Positions 40,586 to 53,000 of a stretch of DNA of 64,000 nt are shown here, in pieces. The stretch lies in assembly GCF_008831285.2 (NCBI RefSeq), contig NC_045138.2, positions 35,402,001 through 35,466,000 of the forward strand. Direction: 5' to 3'. The notes under the pieces are model-generated. The model did no database searches. It had not been told where the DNA came from and saw only the letters and a program-made list of their open reading frames with translations. Position 1 is the stretch's first letter. Every line of letters begins with the position of its first letter. The DNA comes from Nymphaea colorata (Eukaryota). Both the position numbers and the translations under genes were made by a program.

Positions 40586-42457
40586 TCAGGCAAACCAATG
40601 TGTTGCGCCCAGCTTCTGCAGCTCTGGTCCTCGGGAAAAGGAATCGAAGTCCATGGGCAATAACGCCGACCCACACTTGTAACGGGGATTGACATCCTGC
40701 TGGTTGTCGTCAAAGCCATGAGCAAACATCTTACACTGCTCCAACCCCATACTCATCCCACAACTTTGCTCATCGAAAACGTCAGCGAGCAGGGGATTGG
40801 GGCCTCCATTTCGAACATCATGATTTCCCAGCGCTAGGTCTCTTGGAGCCTCATGGACATTTGGACGGCCCAGTATCTTCCTCTGCTGCTCATACAATGC
40901 GAAGAGATCGTTGATTGATTTGTGCACATCCACCGGGACACCAACCCCTGTTAAAGGCCCTGGGTTGTGATCCATCATACTACGAACCCCCGGTGGAGTT
41001 GGGGACGGAGGCGCTGCCACCTGCATATTTGCCAGGTTTCTTGACGCATAGCCGGCCGTCCGGTTCGCGGTCACAGCAATAGACGGGTTTTGCTCCTGCT
41101 GCCGCTGCTTCCCTTCCGGAACCGGCAAGCAGAAAACAGGCTTCTCTTCTTGATTAGCCACCACGCCCGGCAGAGTGATTCCCTGAGGAAAGTTTGAGGG
41201 ATAAAAGCAGTTGGACCCATGGTTGCTTCTCGCGCTCTTGCTCGCGAAACCCATCGGGAAGTCGTGACAGGGGGACTCGGTATTGTCCCCAATGTATGCC
41301 TTGCCTTCCATCATCAGCTGCTCCCCAGGGAACTTCCTCTTGCGGATGCAGTCGGAAGCAGTATCCCCGTTCATTGATGGAATAATCCTCTCTCCCGCGA
41401 CGCCCGGGTGGAAGAGCTCCGGTTTGCACTCCAGAACTTCCATGTTTGCATCATCCTCATCATAGCCATCAACATCATACTCACAGCTTCCGTTGTACGT
41501 GATAGTCCCATTGCCGCTCAAGCATGACAGGGGAAGGCCGGCATCCGGGTTCATCTGGCGAGCGAGCAGCTCCTCATGGTTAACGACTGCCGACCACGTC
41601 GAACTCTCCTTGGCCGTCATCTTGTCCTGAAGGCACTTGGACTGCCGCACCAGCCTCCGTATCTTGTCGATGTCAGGGGAGATGTGCTTGATCACGGCGG
41701 TAAGCACGCTCACCTTCCATGCCTTCTTCAGATCGTGAGGCTTCTTGTATGGAGGGGGGCCCTGGTCCTTTGGGAGCCCCAATTGAGGCCACCAATCCTC
41801 GTTGCCCGTTGGCCACCACGGGGGAGCTACACCTTTCTCGAGAGGGAAACGCCTCTGAGGAGGCTCGCAGTGCTGCATGAGGGCCGATAATAGAGACCCC
41901 AAGGTTGTGTCTTGAAGTTCTTGAAGCGTCTGCGGCGTCGAAATCATGCCTGAATTCTCCTCCATGCTACCAGGAATGGCGTTTTCCGCCTGAAACTTGG
42001 CGATTGCAGCAGGACCGTTGCGATCGAACCGCACCTTCTCCTTCCACCAGGCACGAAGATTATCGGAGGCGCCGCTGACGGGCTTGCCCTTCTCAGGGAT
42101 GATTCCGTAGACGAAGCCCTGGGCTTTGCAAACCTCCATCATCTTAAGCATGTACTTGAGAATCCCATCCTGAGCCCTGGACATCTTCTTTCGTCGGGCC
42201 TGCTCTTGCGATTGCCTCTGCTTGGCGATGTCGCCGCTCTCTTTGGCCTTGTTTTGCTCCTTGAGCCGTCTCAACCTGATGCGGTCCCTCCACATCCTGC
42301 GCTCGAGCTCATCGACATCAATCTCCTCCTCGCTTTCATCATCATCCTGCAGGATCTCCCCTTCATTCGCAATTGTCTGATCGCACGCCGAGTGCGGGAG
42401 GGGGACAGACGGGAGCCCTAAACTCGCCGTGAATCCCATTTCTTCATATATATTCAT
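40586..42457 (-). CDS. EIL: EIN3-like transcription factor, copy B (623 aa), tandem paralogue of copy A
   Basis: Same EIN3 domain motifs; ATG (MNIYEE) at 42457 is homologous to the copy A start, 11 nt after acceptor ttggttcaag|. Homology with A extends over about 40240-42700 vs 34330-36750. Confidence 0.97.
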   Translation of the reverse strand: MNIYEEMGFTASLGLPSVPLPHSACDQTIANEGEILQDDDESEEEIDVDELERRMWRDRIRLRRLKEQNKAKESGDIAKQRQSQEQARRKKMSRAQDGILKYMLKMMEVCKAQGFVYGIIPEKGKPVSGASDNLRAWWKEKVRFDRNGPAAIAKFQAENAIPGSMEENSGMISTPQTLQELQDTTLGSLLSALMQHCEPPQRRFPLEKGVAPPWWPTGNEDWWPQLGLPKDQGPPPYKKPHDLKKAWKVSVLTAVIKHISPDIDKIRRLVRQSKCLQDKMTAKESSTWSAVVNHEELLARQMNPDAGLPLSCLSGNGTITYNGSCEYDVDGYDEDDANMEVLECKPELFHPGVAGERIIPSMNGDTASDCIRKRKFPGEQLMMEGKAYIGDNTESPCHDFPMGFASKSARSNHGSNCFYPSNFPQGITLPGVVANQEEKPVFCLPVPEGKQRQQEQNPSIAVTANRTAGYASRNLANMQVAAPPSPTPPGVRSMMDHNPGPLTGVGVPVDVHKSINDLFALYEQQRKILGRPNVHEAPRDLALGNHDVRNGGPNPLLADVFDEQSCGMSMGLEQCKMFAHGFDDNQQDVNPRYKCGSALLPMDFDSFSRGPELQKLGATHWFA

Positions 42458-43459
42458 ATCTCGATTACCTTGAACCAACACGAAGAAACAATCGCGAGTC
42501 ACAACATCAACATGAAGCATAAAACCTTCCTTTTTCCGGAACAAAACACAAACATCAAAGAAATCTGAAGGAAGAATCTGAAGAAATTCTTACTCCTTCG
42601 GGTCCAAAGTGAGGAACCAAAGTAGCAGTTGAGAGAAAGAGTAGTATGGTCACTAACAAGCTTACAATTAGTCGTCAACAGAAGGTTGTGAGGTGATTAA
42701 CAGGGCCAACGGAGCCTTATCCTCAGCATGGGTGGCCAGAAAATTAAGGTATGCTCTACGGGTGGGGCCCACCTTTTTTTGCTATTCATTCATCTTTAGT
42801 TAGGAATGAGGATTCGTTTACTTCGAACAAGAAAGAACTCTCTGGGAGATTTTATAGGTGGCTTGAATCAACGGTTGGGTGGGTCTTCCTTCGAAAAATT
42901 CTACAACAATCGGTAACCTGTTTTGTGAAAATTTCTTCTTGGCTGGAAGACGGAAGCATCTGGCGCGTGCTTTACGCACCCAAACCTCCGGCAGAATACC
43001 TAATTCGAAAGCATTTCTGGATTTGCTCTACCCGGGGATAAAATAAAGAGAAGGAAAAACTCAGGTGCCGTGATCGAAAATAAAGAATGACCCAACAATT
43101 CAAAGCGGCATCTTTTTGTAATGGAGAAACTTTATTAATAAAACGAACCACCGTCCGATTAGTGGACCTTTCTCTTGTGAAGGATCATTGATCATTTCCT
43201 AGCGAAACAAAATCAAAGACCAAAACGAATTACGGAGGAAGACGTCGTACACTATTCACTGGTGAACGTACAAGTCTTGAATAGGAATACCAAGTCTTGA
43301 AAGGCCATGTTTCAGCAAAGGTGGAATCCCAGATCCTCGGCTGTCAGGTGATCTCAGGTCGGAAGGGGCGAGGAAGGTGTTTCGATCTTTCTTTCGCGCG
43401 GTGGAGAGAGAGAGAGAGAGAGAGGCAGAAAGTTTACCGGAGCGAGAACCTCTGCAAAG

Positions 43460-43943
43460 CGAAATACACACAGGGGGAGAGAGAGAGACGACAGAGGGTT
43501 TCGACCGCCGAAACTCTCTGCCGGGTGAACGCTCCATGGACACGCTGTGGCCGCAAACAGAAAAAAAAAACACACACACACAACTCGACCGCCATGAGTG
43601 AGTGAGAGAGCAGCCAGCAAAATCCACAGAGAGAGAAAGAGACAGAGAATCGGGAGACGGTATAAACCAACGAAAGCCTCTGCTGGGAAAGCCCTCCATC
43701 TCCATGGCCGCCGCAGCGGCTGCATAAAAAACACACACACAAACAAAACACAGCTCCACAGAGGGTTTCGCTGGGCAAACCCCCTTCCGGTAAAACCCAC
43801 AGAGAGAGAGAGGGAGAGAGCCGCAGAGGGCTAACCCTCTGCCGAGAAAACGCAACATGGCCACCGCAACCGCCGAAAACAAAAAAAAAAAACAAAGGGG
43901 AGGAAAACGCAACTCGACCGCCAGAGAGAGAGAGAGAACTCAC
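43460..43943. repeat. Three degenerate ~150-170-bp units in the presumed EIL-B leader/intron
   Basis: Units start near 43462, 43619 and 43792: AAA..CAC-(GA)n, CTCTGC.G, CATGG, an A/CA run; CAACTCGACCGCCA occurs in units 1 and 3. Confidence 0.65.
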
Positions 43944-46909
43944 CATGAGAAAGAGAGACGGCCATCGGCGTCGAGCTGTGCTTCGGCACAGAGAGAGATG
44001 GGCTTCTTCAACGAACGAAAGATGCTGTAAGTCGCACGTGATCGGTTCTTAGGAGGGAGGCCGTGAGACTCCGTATTTTAAAACCACCGATTTCAGAACC
44101 TGGATCTGAAATCAGCCCCGGAACCCAGACCCGGGGCAATCAAACATAACCAAAATGTTGTTGATTTGCAAAGTTATCACATCACGGATAAATATTTCAA
44201 TGAAAAAAATTAAATGTTTGCTATTCTTCTTGATATTTTTTTTTTTTAAAATTTTGCTCCTTTTGAATGTAAAAATAGTCAAAACTCCTGGAGGGCCTAT
44301 TTAATAAGCTCCGTTTCTAATAAAAATAAAAGTTATCGGCGTTTCTCCGTTACTCAAAAATGGTGTAAGGCAGGCTGCGGGGAGATAGATAGGGCTCCCT
44401 TCTCTTTTGTTGCCAACAAATAAATGAAAAGAAATGCAAAAAAAAAACGGGGACAGAAGAAGCTGAGATCAACTGATTAGGTTGCTGCTAAACAAAAACT
44501 TCACTACCGGATTAAAGGCATATAGAGCGGGTCGAGTCTGAACTTCCAAAGCCAAACTCCGTGAAGAGCCCCAGCCATACCGTCGGAAGAGATGCCAAGT
44601 GCTCAGGTGGCCATGACAAACTACCATCCCGTTCTACCGCCAAAACACACATACAGAAAAGGCTTTATTTTCAGAAAACCCACATTTTCACCAACATAAC
44701 TACCACCCATTTATCTAAAAAATTAATTAAAACCCAAAGGAGCGACAAGGCAAACAAACGAAGGAGTGGGGTCCCTTGCGAAAAGAGAAAAGAAAAAAAT
44801 GCCGGCTGGAGAAAAATAAGTCGATCGATCGGTCGGTAAATGTTTTCGCAAGTGGGTAGTAGAAAGGAAATAGCAATTAATCCCGACAGTTTACAGTTAA
44901 TTGAAGGGAGTTGGCGGGACCATCAGTGCAATACCTTTCTTTTTCCCATTTATTTATTTCCGCTCTTCCTTTCCTCGGCGTTGGTGGTCCCCGCCAAGAC
45001 GAGGTGGGGGAGGGGCCCACCTCCCAATCGTTTCGTACGTACTGATGGCAGAGAATATCAGCCGTTGAATGGGCCGCAGGATTAATCTTCCTTCATCCAG
45101 GCCGTCCCTTCGAGCGGAGCACCCACTTGCGCAAATAATTCAGTAACTGGCTTTCCTCTTTTGCCCCGCCGTACCGACCCATGTGGCATCCCATTAAATT
45201 GACAGTCAGATTCTGTCGTGCCCCTGCCGGCCATCCCGGACCCGGGTATGGCTACTCCGCATTTGGATCAAAACCGCTTCGTCTTCGTGACATCAGATGA
45301 GATCAGCCCCCAGATGGCTTACATTTGAAATCCGCCATTAATTTTATTGTCAAACATGTTCGAGAGAAGAGAAGGTTCAAGTCCTCCTTTCGACGTTTCT
45401 AGGAGGGCCTGGCCTGGCCGGACAATAGAGAAATCAGCTCACAACAACAACACATATGGTATGTTTTGGAAAATAACACAAGAGGCCTGGCCTGCAACAC
45501 ACAGCAAGCATGCATCAATAATCCTAGTCTCCCAAAAAATAAAAAGAAAAGAAAGAGGCACCAAACCCCCCAATTTTAATTTTTAACTTGATGGATGGAG
45601 AATGCAAAAACAAGCGTTTCACTTCCAATCTGCATGGCGTAGTAATGTTTTTCATAAGCAACACGGCCAAAACTCTTTTGTATAATGCAACAAATTGAGG
45701 GCGATGGGCAGTAGTAGAGCTTCCTATTTTCCACCTTATGATGATCTTTCGTACTACATGGACTAAAATAAACGAAGAAAGACCTTCTCTTCTTCCTCTT
45801 GTCTTCGTTTAATAATTTAACCCAAAAGAAAAAGAAAACAAATACTTGGGGTTTACTAAATGAAACTCATTATCATGTTCCATTTTTAGTTTATTCTACA
45901 CACCACACCACCCAGCCCAGCTTGTAAGGGGACCGTCAACAGATTTCACAAAATCTCAGCGCACACTACTCTTTTCGAAATATACGATTCTTTTCCAATT
46001 CGCAAAAGACGTAGAACGACTTCGCCCTCCAGAGTGCAGATTGCCCGAGGAAAATAGGTTTAAGCTTTTTTCTTTTTCTTTTTTTCCTACTGAAAATGGA
46101 TGGTGTTCAAACTTTACATCTCTCTCTCTCTCACATCTGGATTGCACTGCCGACATGGATGAACTATGACCTCACCCTCCTTTATTTCTTAATTAATAGG
46201 CCCCTCACCAATAAAGATTTTCATAATTTTGTTTTGGGAAATGTGAAACAAGTTAAGTTGAAGACACCGAATGAATCCCATCTCAACTTTTCCTTAAATC
46301 GATCCATCCATCTTCTGTTCATGACGATGACGAGGGAGACAAGCACATCAGAATTTGCATCGGCCGACCATCAGCCTGCGCCGTTACGCTCACCACATCC
46401 CCCTTAGGATTAGGAACCATTAAATTAATTTCTGCTTTCATCCTAAGCAATGTCTTCCTTACGAACCCCCGTCCATCAAATTTATGAATCATTGAAAACA
46501 AAGTGACGGCAGAACCATAATTAGAGAAGTAAGTACGTCCAATAATTCAGGTTACCCGACTTAATTGCATTCACAATTAATTAATTGGGTATAACCTTTT
46601 CCTCCACCCAAATCTAGTGTCCGCCTTTTGAGTTTGATCATACCTATAAAAAATCTCTGTGAGTCGAATTACTAGCGAATCTAAGAGTACCGCCTATCTT
46701 CTTCTTTGAACCAATTTCATTTCGGAGGCATCTTATTTTATTCTTTTCACTTTATTTTTTCAAAAAATAGTCTTTTAATATATTTTGTTACCAATTCACA
46801 ACTCATATAATGTTCAGCTGAAAACATGCAGATGCCGAATACTGCTATGTTTACGCATCGGATCGAGGATGAGAAGAATCATCTTCATGCATCGACGAAA
46901 ACAAAAATA

Positions 46910-48565
46910 ATGGTTAATTAATTGGTTGGGCATGCAGCATGCTGTCCTTGCTTTTCCGAACGGCACCTCTGTCTCCCACAAATTTAAAATGAAGAAACAA
47001 GAGAGAGGTTGAGACGATTAGTTTAATGGGAGGAGGTTCCATTAAACTAAACCCCTCGTATATACACTGTATCTTTTTCGTGTGCCGCCACAAATACAAT
47101 CCTCCTCCGTTTTATAATCGATCGTGCCGTTGGGGCGCGTGGCTGTAGCAAGTCATCGCTATTGAAAATTTGAGGGACTTTTTGTTTTTTTTTGTCTAAA
47201 TTTTGATCCTCCTACATATTCTTATTTTTGTAATACGAGAGCTGGTGTTAGGCGACACCAGCAACTCATCGTCCCATAGATTCGATTCGTGATGGATGAA
47301 ACGTCCACTACCTACAGCATTTCGTAGAGAACGGTCTTCCTTTGTTTTATAATGTATGTGTTCAAAGAAAGTCGCACCCCTAGCTGATAAAATTCGAAGA
47401 ACTTGGTCGCATATCTTTCCTCTGATATTCTTCGTTTTTCCCCCAGGAGATGATCCAGGCGTTAGATTTCCTTTGAGTAAATAAAGTTCTTCTCAAGTAG
47501 CTGAACCAAGCTGATGATGAAATGAAAAGAAGTTATAAGATCAGACATGGAGGATTCTGCAGATCTATCTGGGTTGCCGCCCGGGCATGAGTCATTTGAT
47601 ACACACCACCCTCCTCCTTACTCGATTTGAAACGTTCTACGAACCAGGACCCTCCGCAAGTGTCCCTCTAAAATTTTGCATCGAGTTTCGAGGATCAGCC
47701 TCATTTAATTTGTCCTCAAATTTAATGCAAAATCAGTCTTAAGATCACAAAGACACTTCTCAATGACATTCTGTTATCTCCGATACTACTCTATAATCGG
47801 GTAGCAGCCGTAAATTTCAGCCTGCAGCTTTGCGTTCTCCCACTTATAGTTGCTTACAGATAAGGAGTAGCTTCTGGTTGAACTGGGACCGTCACAGTAG
47901 AGGCCGGATTCCTTTTCTTTGCATGAAACTTCTATGATCCATATATAATTTGCAAACGATAATTAAGCATAAGCACTTCGGTGGAGCATCTACAGCTATA
48001 CATTGACCTGAGAAATTGCGAGTGCTAATGAGAATGCAGCCCCAGTGAGTACGCACACGTCTATAAATGAATAATATCGCCTAAGGTTTTGTCCATAATG
48101 GAACAATTATTTTATGGTATCATCACAAGGAGAAACCAATAATTTGGAAGCGCATCCGAACTTGCATGGCGGTTGAACTATTAAAGAACTCTAATGTGTT
48201 GACATTGAGGCGCATAAAGAAATATACCAATCTATGTGCGAGAGTGAGCATGCATGTGTATAGGAAGAAGACAAGGAAAGTGGTGTGCTAAGTATGCAGA
48301 CATTGTGGATGACTAAAATATTTTCTTCTCCAAACTTGCATGAGGTGGCGTTTGGCAAATCGACTGATAAGGTTGGCCGTGTATCAAGGTCAAAAGATAT
48401 TGTCCAAATAATGAACCTTTCGCCAGTTTCACGCACATCATGATGTCAAAGCCGGGATAAGATTCTTCTGTCCCCTAATTGCATTCTTTTGCTACGGCAC
48501 ACATCATAACTCGGTCTCTAAATTTTGGTTTGTTTTTTCCATTAATGATGAGATCAACTGCATGG
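46910..48565 (+). repeat. ~1.6-kb duplicated non-coding segment, paralogue of 55080-56805
   Basis: Colinear: motif X, GTTAGGCGACAC, CCCCAGGAGA.GATCCAGG, AACCAGGACCCTCC, GAACTTGC.TGGC, GGCAAATC.ACTGATAA.GTTGGCCG, TTTCACGCACAT, ATCATAACT..GTCTCTA. Confidence 0.9.
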
Positions 48566-49550
48566 CAGAGTACCAACTTTACATATTTTAATATATTGAA
48601 CTCAGTACGATAAGTTTCTTCAATCACACACACACTCACTCACTCTCTCCTTCAAATCGGGGACAACTTGTCACTCGTTAGGCCATGTGATATAGCTTCC
48701 ATTTTAGTGGCTCTCTCTCTCTCTCTCTCTCCCTCTTCAATTAGTCGCCAATCTCAAGTATACACACTTTGGATAACATAACCAATGGCGCAACCTATAA
48801 CAAAACTTTATTTAACAGCTTTATTACTTTAGTTATAAGTACATGCTACTTAGAAAATGGCCAAAGCGACGAAAAATAACAAAATAGTATCTTTAAGAAA
48901 AAATTGTACAGTTCCGTCCAGTCAACAAGCTTTTAGGTTTATGTAGAAATTTTACTGATATTTCTGATCAAGACAATGAGGAGGAGGATGAAAGCAGAGA
49001 TGATACCAAACTATGGAATTAAGACGGTGCGAGCAGACCATATGGCCGGTGCTCGGTCTCTAACCAAAGATTATTTCAGGCTTCAGGTTTTTTTGGGTGG
49101 ACTAAAGGTCGATCGATGCAACAACCGGCAACTCTTGGCCGCAAATTAAGGTGGACATTGCATGCAACACCCACATATTTGGATTGCTAGGCGGTCGATC
49201 AATGGCCTCTTGTCTCGACCCCCTAAATTTTCAAAGCAACACCGGATTAAGCTTTTAACTATGTCCAAAAAAGAGCGTTTGACTAATTTCGTAGAGTAGA
49301 AAATCCACTCACCTAATTAATTTTGGAAGCCGCAAAACGCATGGGCCCAAACTTAATTTTTTGGACAATGGCACTGCCAAGAACTTGAGGGGGTTTAGAT
49401 CTGCTTGCCTGTGGTGAATATAAATCGACGAAGTTGGTTATATATGTCGTTCATGTATATGAAATTTCATGTGTCATTTTAATAATGACAAAAAATGGTC
49501 ATAATGAATACAAAAAAAAAACATTTTATTTCATAGATCTTTTGTTTTTG

Positions 49551-49640
49551 TTATCTCATAAACTTATCTCATACTTATGTTTACTGTTATCTCATACATT
49601 ATTTCTTTCGTTATCTCATAAACTTTTTTGTTATCTCATA
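49551..49640 (+). repeat. Five interspersed copies of TTATCTCATA
   Basis: Copies at 49551, 49564, 49587, 49611 and 49631. Confidence 0.9.
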
Positions 49641-50004
49641 TTTGTTTGTTATTTCATTTTTTTTTTGTTATCAATGTACTAGTTACATGCACAAAAAGGC
49701 AGCGAATAAAACTCCAGATTGATGGACTTGTATTCCCCAGTCCTTGGTCTTGTGGTTACTCTTACCGGTGTTTGACATCAGTATGCACAGAAAAGAAACT
49801 CTTTTGGAAGTTTGCCTCAGGCGGAGGTGCACGTCCCCAGCATGCAGAAATGGAGCTTGACATGGAAATAGCTGTGAACCAGCATCCATTTTATTGGCTC
49901 TCTCTCTCTCTCCCTCTTGAACCGGTTCAGCTCAATCGCAAGGCCCACTGGTCCGATTTTCAAACTCGTTTCCACAAGTACACTACCCACCGCACCTTTC
50001 GGAC

Positions 50005-53000
50005 AACGGCTGCTTGGGGGTTAGGCCTCCATCCTTTTATTTCAACAAAATAAGAGGTATATACAACAAAAATTGGTCCAGAAGGACCTCATCATCTATG
50101 ATTGGTTTCTTTAAGGGGATCCCACATGTCATCTGTGGGATTCCATTTGGTATACATGCCATTGTCTGGAATGGACATCAAAAGGTTGGTGGCTTCAGCG
50201 AGAGGCCATCTCCTGCAAAAAACAATCCTATTGAGAAGACTGCTGAACATAGAGTTAGTGTCACTGTTGCGCCTGCCTGTTAGGGTACTGCGGAATTGCT
50301 GCTTCCAATTGCCACTATTGGCCAGTATATAGATACGCCCTTGATTATCTTCTAAGTTAACCAGGTACCCGATGCATTCCATAAGTATCTCGATCTCCCA
50401 CCATTCAGAAATGTTGCCAAACCAGCAAGCTAGACCGTGGCGAAACCGACCCACTGTATCTCTAATGAGGCCTGCGACCCCTTTTCTACCAGCCATAAAC
50501 AGGGAGGTAATGCTGATTTCCACCCATGTATCTGCTCGGTTTGCTCCATTGCTCCATAAGATCCCTATGCATAACCAGTTTTGAGTTTTAACTCGTTGCG
50601 ATATAGTCCACTGATACGTCCACCAATGATCACAGCAGTGTGACCAAAAAATTTTGGTCACATTGCCTATAGGAATATCTCCTCTATGCTTAAACTGGTT
50701 GCGCGTTTTCCAAATGAACCAAATCCCCAAATGGAAGCTATCTTTCCAGCATTTATCCAAAGTTTTGTCTTTGAAGCCTTGCTTGTGCAACCTGATGAGT
50801 CCTTGCTTTAAGAATTGAGGGCTCCAATGCCATGGAGCAGTACGCCCAAACTTGCCATAGATGCAAGCCCAAATGGGTCTAGCACCCTTGCATTCAAAAA
50901 AAAGGTGTGAAATATCTTCACTCGCTTGCTTGCAAACATAACACCTTGATTCTAGATGACGACCTTGCTTTTTCACTAACTCATCCGTTGGAAGACGGTC
51001 AGCACTGCCTAAGTACACCACCCAGGCGGCCCTAGGGAGTCATCTTCCTTTCCACACTAGCATATTATCGATGGACTCATTGCCTTTCTTACGTATTCGT
51101 TGCCATATGTCGCGCCTAGTGATCTCCCCTTTATTATCATTCCTCCATGTAAGAACATCCGGTTGTTTCACCTGAATCGTAGGCAAAGAGGCAAGAATAT
51201 TAAGACCGGTAAGGAAGCCTCTTATGTACTCCCCGTTTGTCTCAATGATCTCTTTGACTGAACACGGGATACAGTCTTGGACGAGATGAAGGTGAGATAT
51301 GGGAATCTTGTCTATCAGTCGATCAACCCCCCCCCCCCAATGATCTGTCCAGAATTTTGCCAATGCAACATTCCCTATTTTCCAAACGACTTGCTCTTTC
51401 ACTTTGCTCCATGACCGCAACGCCATGCGCCAAGCTCTGGACACCCTTTTTCCCCTCAAACTACTGTCGAGCAGTCCCTTGCGCTCACAGTATCGCCCTT
51501 TGACAAGGGTAGCCCAAGGGGAGGCCTGCTGCAACACTCGATAAACTAAAAAAGCCATGTTGGCCATATTAGTTTCCTTGATATCTTTGAGGCCAACGCC
51601 TCCCTCTAACTTAGGGAGACAGAGAGTTGACCAACTCATGTGATGGTAATTCTTACGGTCTGCCATATCTCCCCACAAAAAATCAGCTGTCATCTTGTTC
51701 AATTGTTTGCAAGTTGCCGCAGGAAGCTTAGCAACTAGGCTCCAATAGCTAGGCATTGCGGAAAGAACATGTTTGATTAAACACAGACGGCCTGCAAACG
51801 AGAGACATTTTTGTTTCCAAAGTGCAAGCTTTTGGGAGGACCGAAGGATTAGTTGCCTGCATTGCACCTCTGTCAAGGCATTCGTCTGAAGGGGAATACC
51901 AAGATAGGTGGTGGGGAGGGCCCCTTGACGCCAGCCCATTTCGTGCTCAATGCGATTTAACACTTGACTGTCCATATTGAATGGGAGGATTGTATTTTTG
52001 GCAGTATTCATAATCAGGCCAGAGCAGGAGGCGAACTCATCTAGACACACTTTAAATGGCGTAAGTTTTGTAACCTCCCATTCATGAAGAAAATAATATC
52101 GTCTGCATAAAGCGTGAAAGAAGGGAAGGTAAGTTCAGCCCCCATAGGCGGGATTTTTATTTGCCGGTTATTGATTTGCGCTTGGATGCTACGAGTGAGC
52201 ATCTCCATGACTGAGATAAACAGGTAGGGGGAGAGGGGGTCGCCTTGCCTAAGACATCTCTTATGTTCAAACCACCCCCCTTCCTTGCCATTGATGAGAA
52301 GTGCCGATTTGGCTGAGGTGACAATAGTCATGACTTTTTGAATCCATAATTCGTGAAAGCCTAGGTGGCAGAGGGCAGCCTTCAGGAAGTCCCAGTTGAC
52401 TCTGTCATAAGCCTTGCTTAAGTCAATCTTTACACAAGCAGCTTGCTTCTTACTATTTTGAAAAACATGAACAATTTCCTGGCTGAGAAGAAAGCTGTCT
52501 TGGATGCATCTTCCCTGTAGGAAGGCACTTTGATTATTGGATATGATCCTATTGAGGATTGGCCGCATGCGCTGGACCATGATCCTGGTAATAAATTTCA
52601 GCGTGCTAGTACAGAGGGATATAGGCCGAAATTTGTCCAACTGCTTAGCTCCTTGCTCCTTGGGCAGCAAGATGATGTGAGTCCTGTTAATTGATTTAAC
52701 CAGCTTGCCAGAATAAAAAAACCCACTGATAGCCGCAGAAACGGCCTCCTTCACAATATTCCAATTGGACTGGAAGAAATTATTACCAAACCCATCTGGG
52801 CCCAGCGCTGAATCCTTATCTGCCTCCATTACTGGCCACTGAATTTCTTCTGTAGTGATAGGTTTCAATAGGTCAGCATTTTCCTCTAGAGACATAGTAG
52901 GGCCTGGGGCGAGAGAATGCGGTAGGCACCCATTACCCTGAACATTCGCTAAAAGATCGACAAAGAAGTCCGTGCAAGCTGAGAATATGTCAGGCATGTC

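Noticed and set aside
34637..42421. Antisense and alternate-frame ORFs shared by both EIL copies (e.g. 35598-35912 and 41576-41890)
   Set aside because: Shadow ORFs of GC-rich, near-identical EIN3 coding sequence.
43256..43946. 218-, 170- and 148-aa minus-strand ORFs
   Set aside because: Low-complexity translations of CT/GT/T-run repeats.
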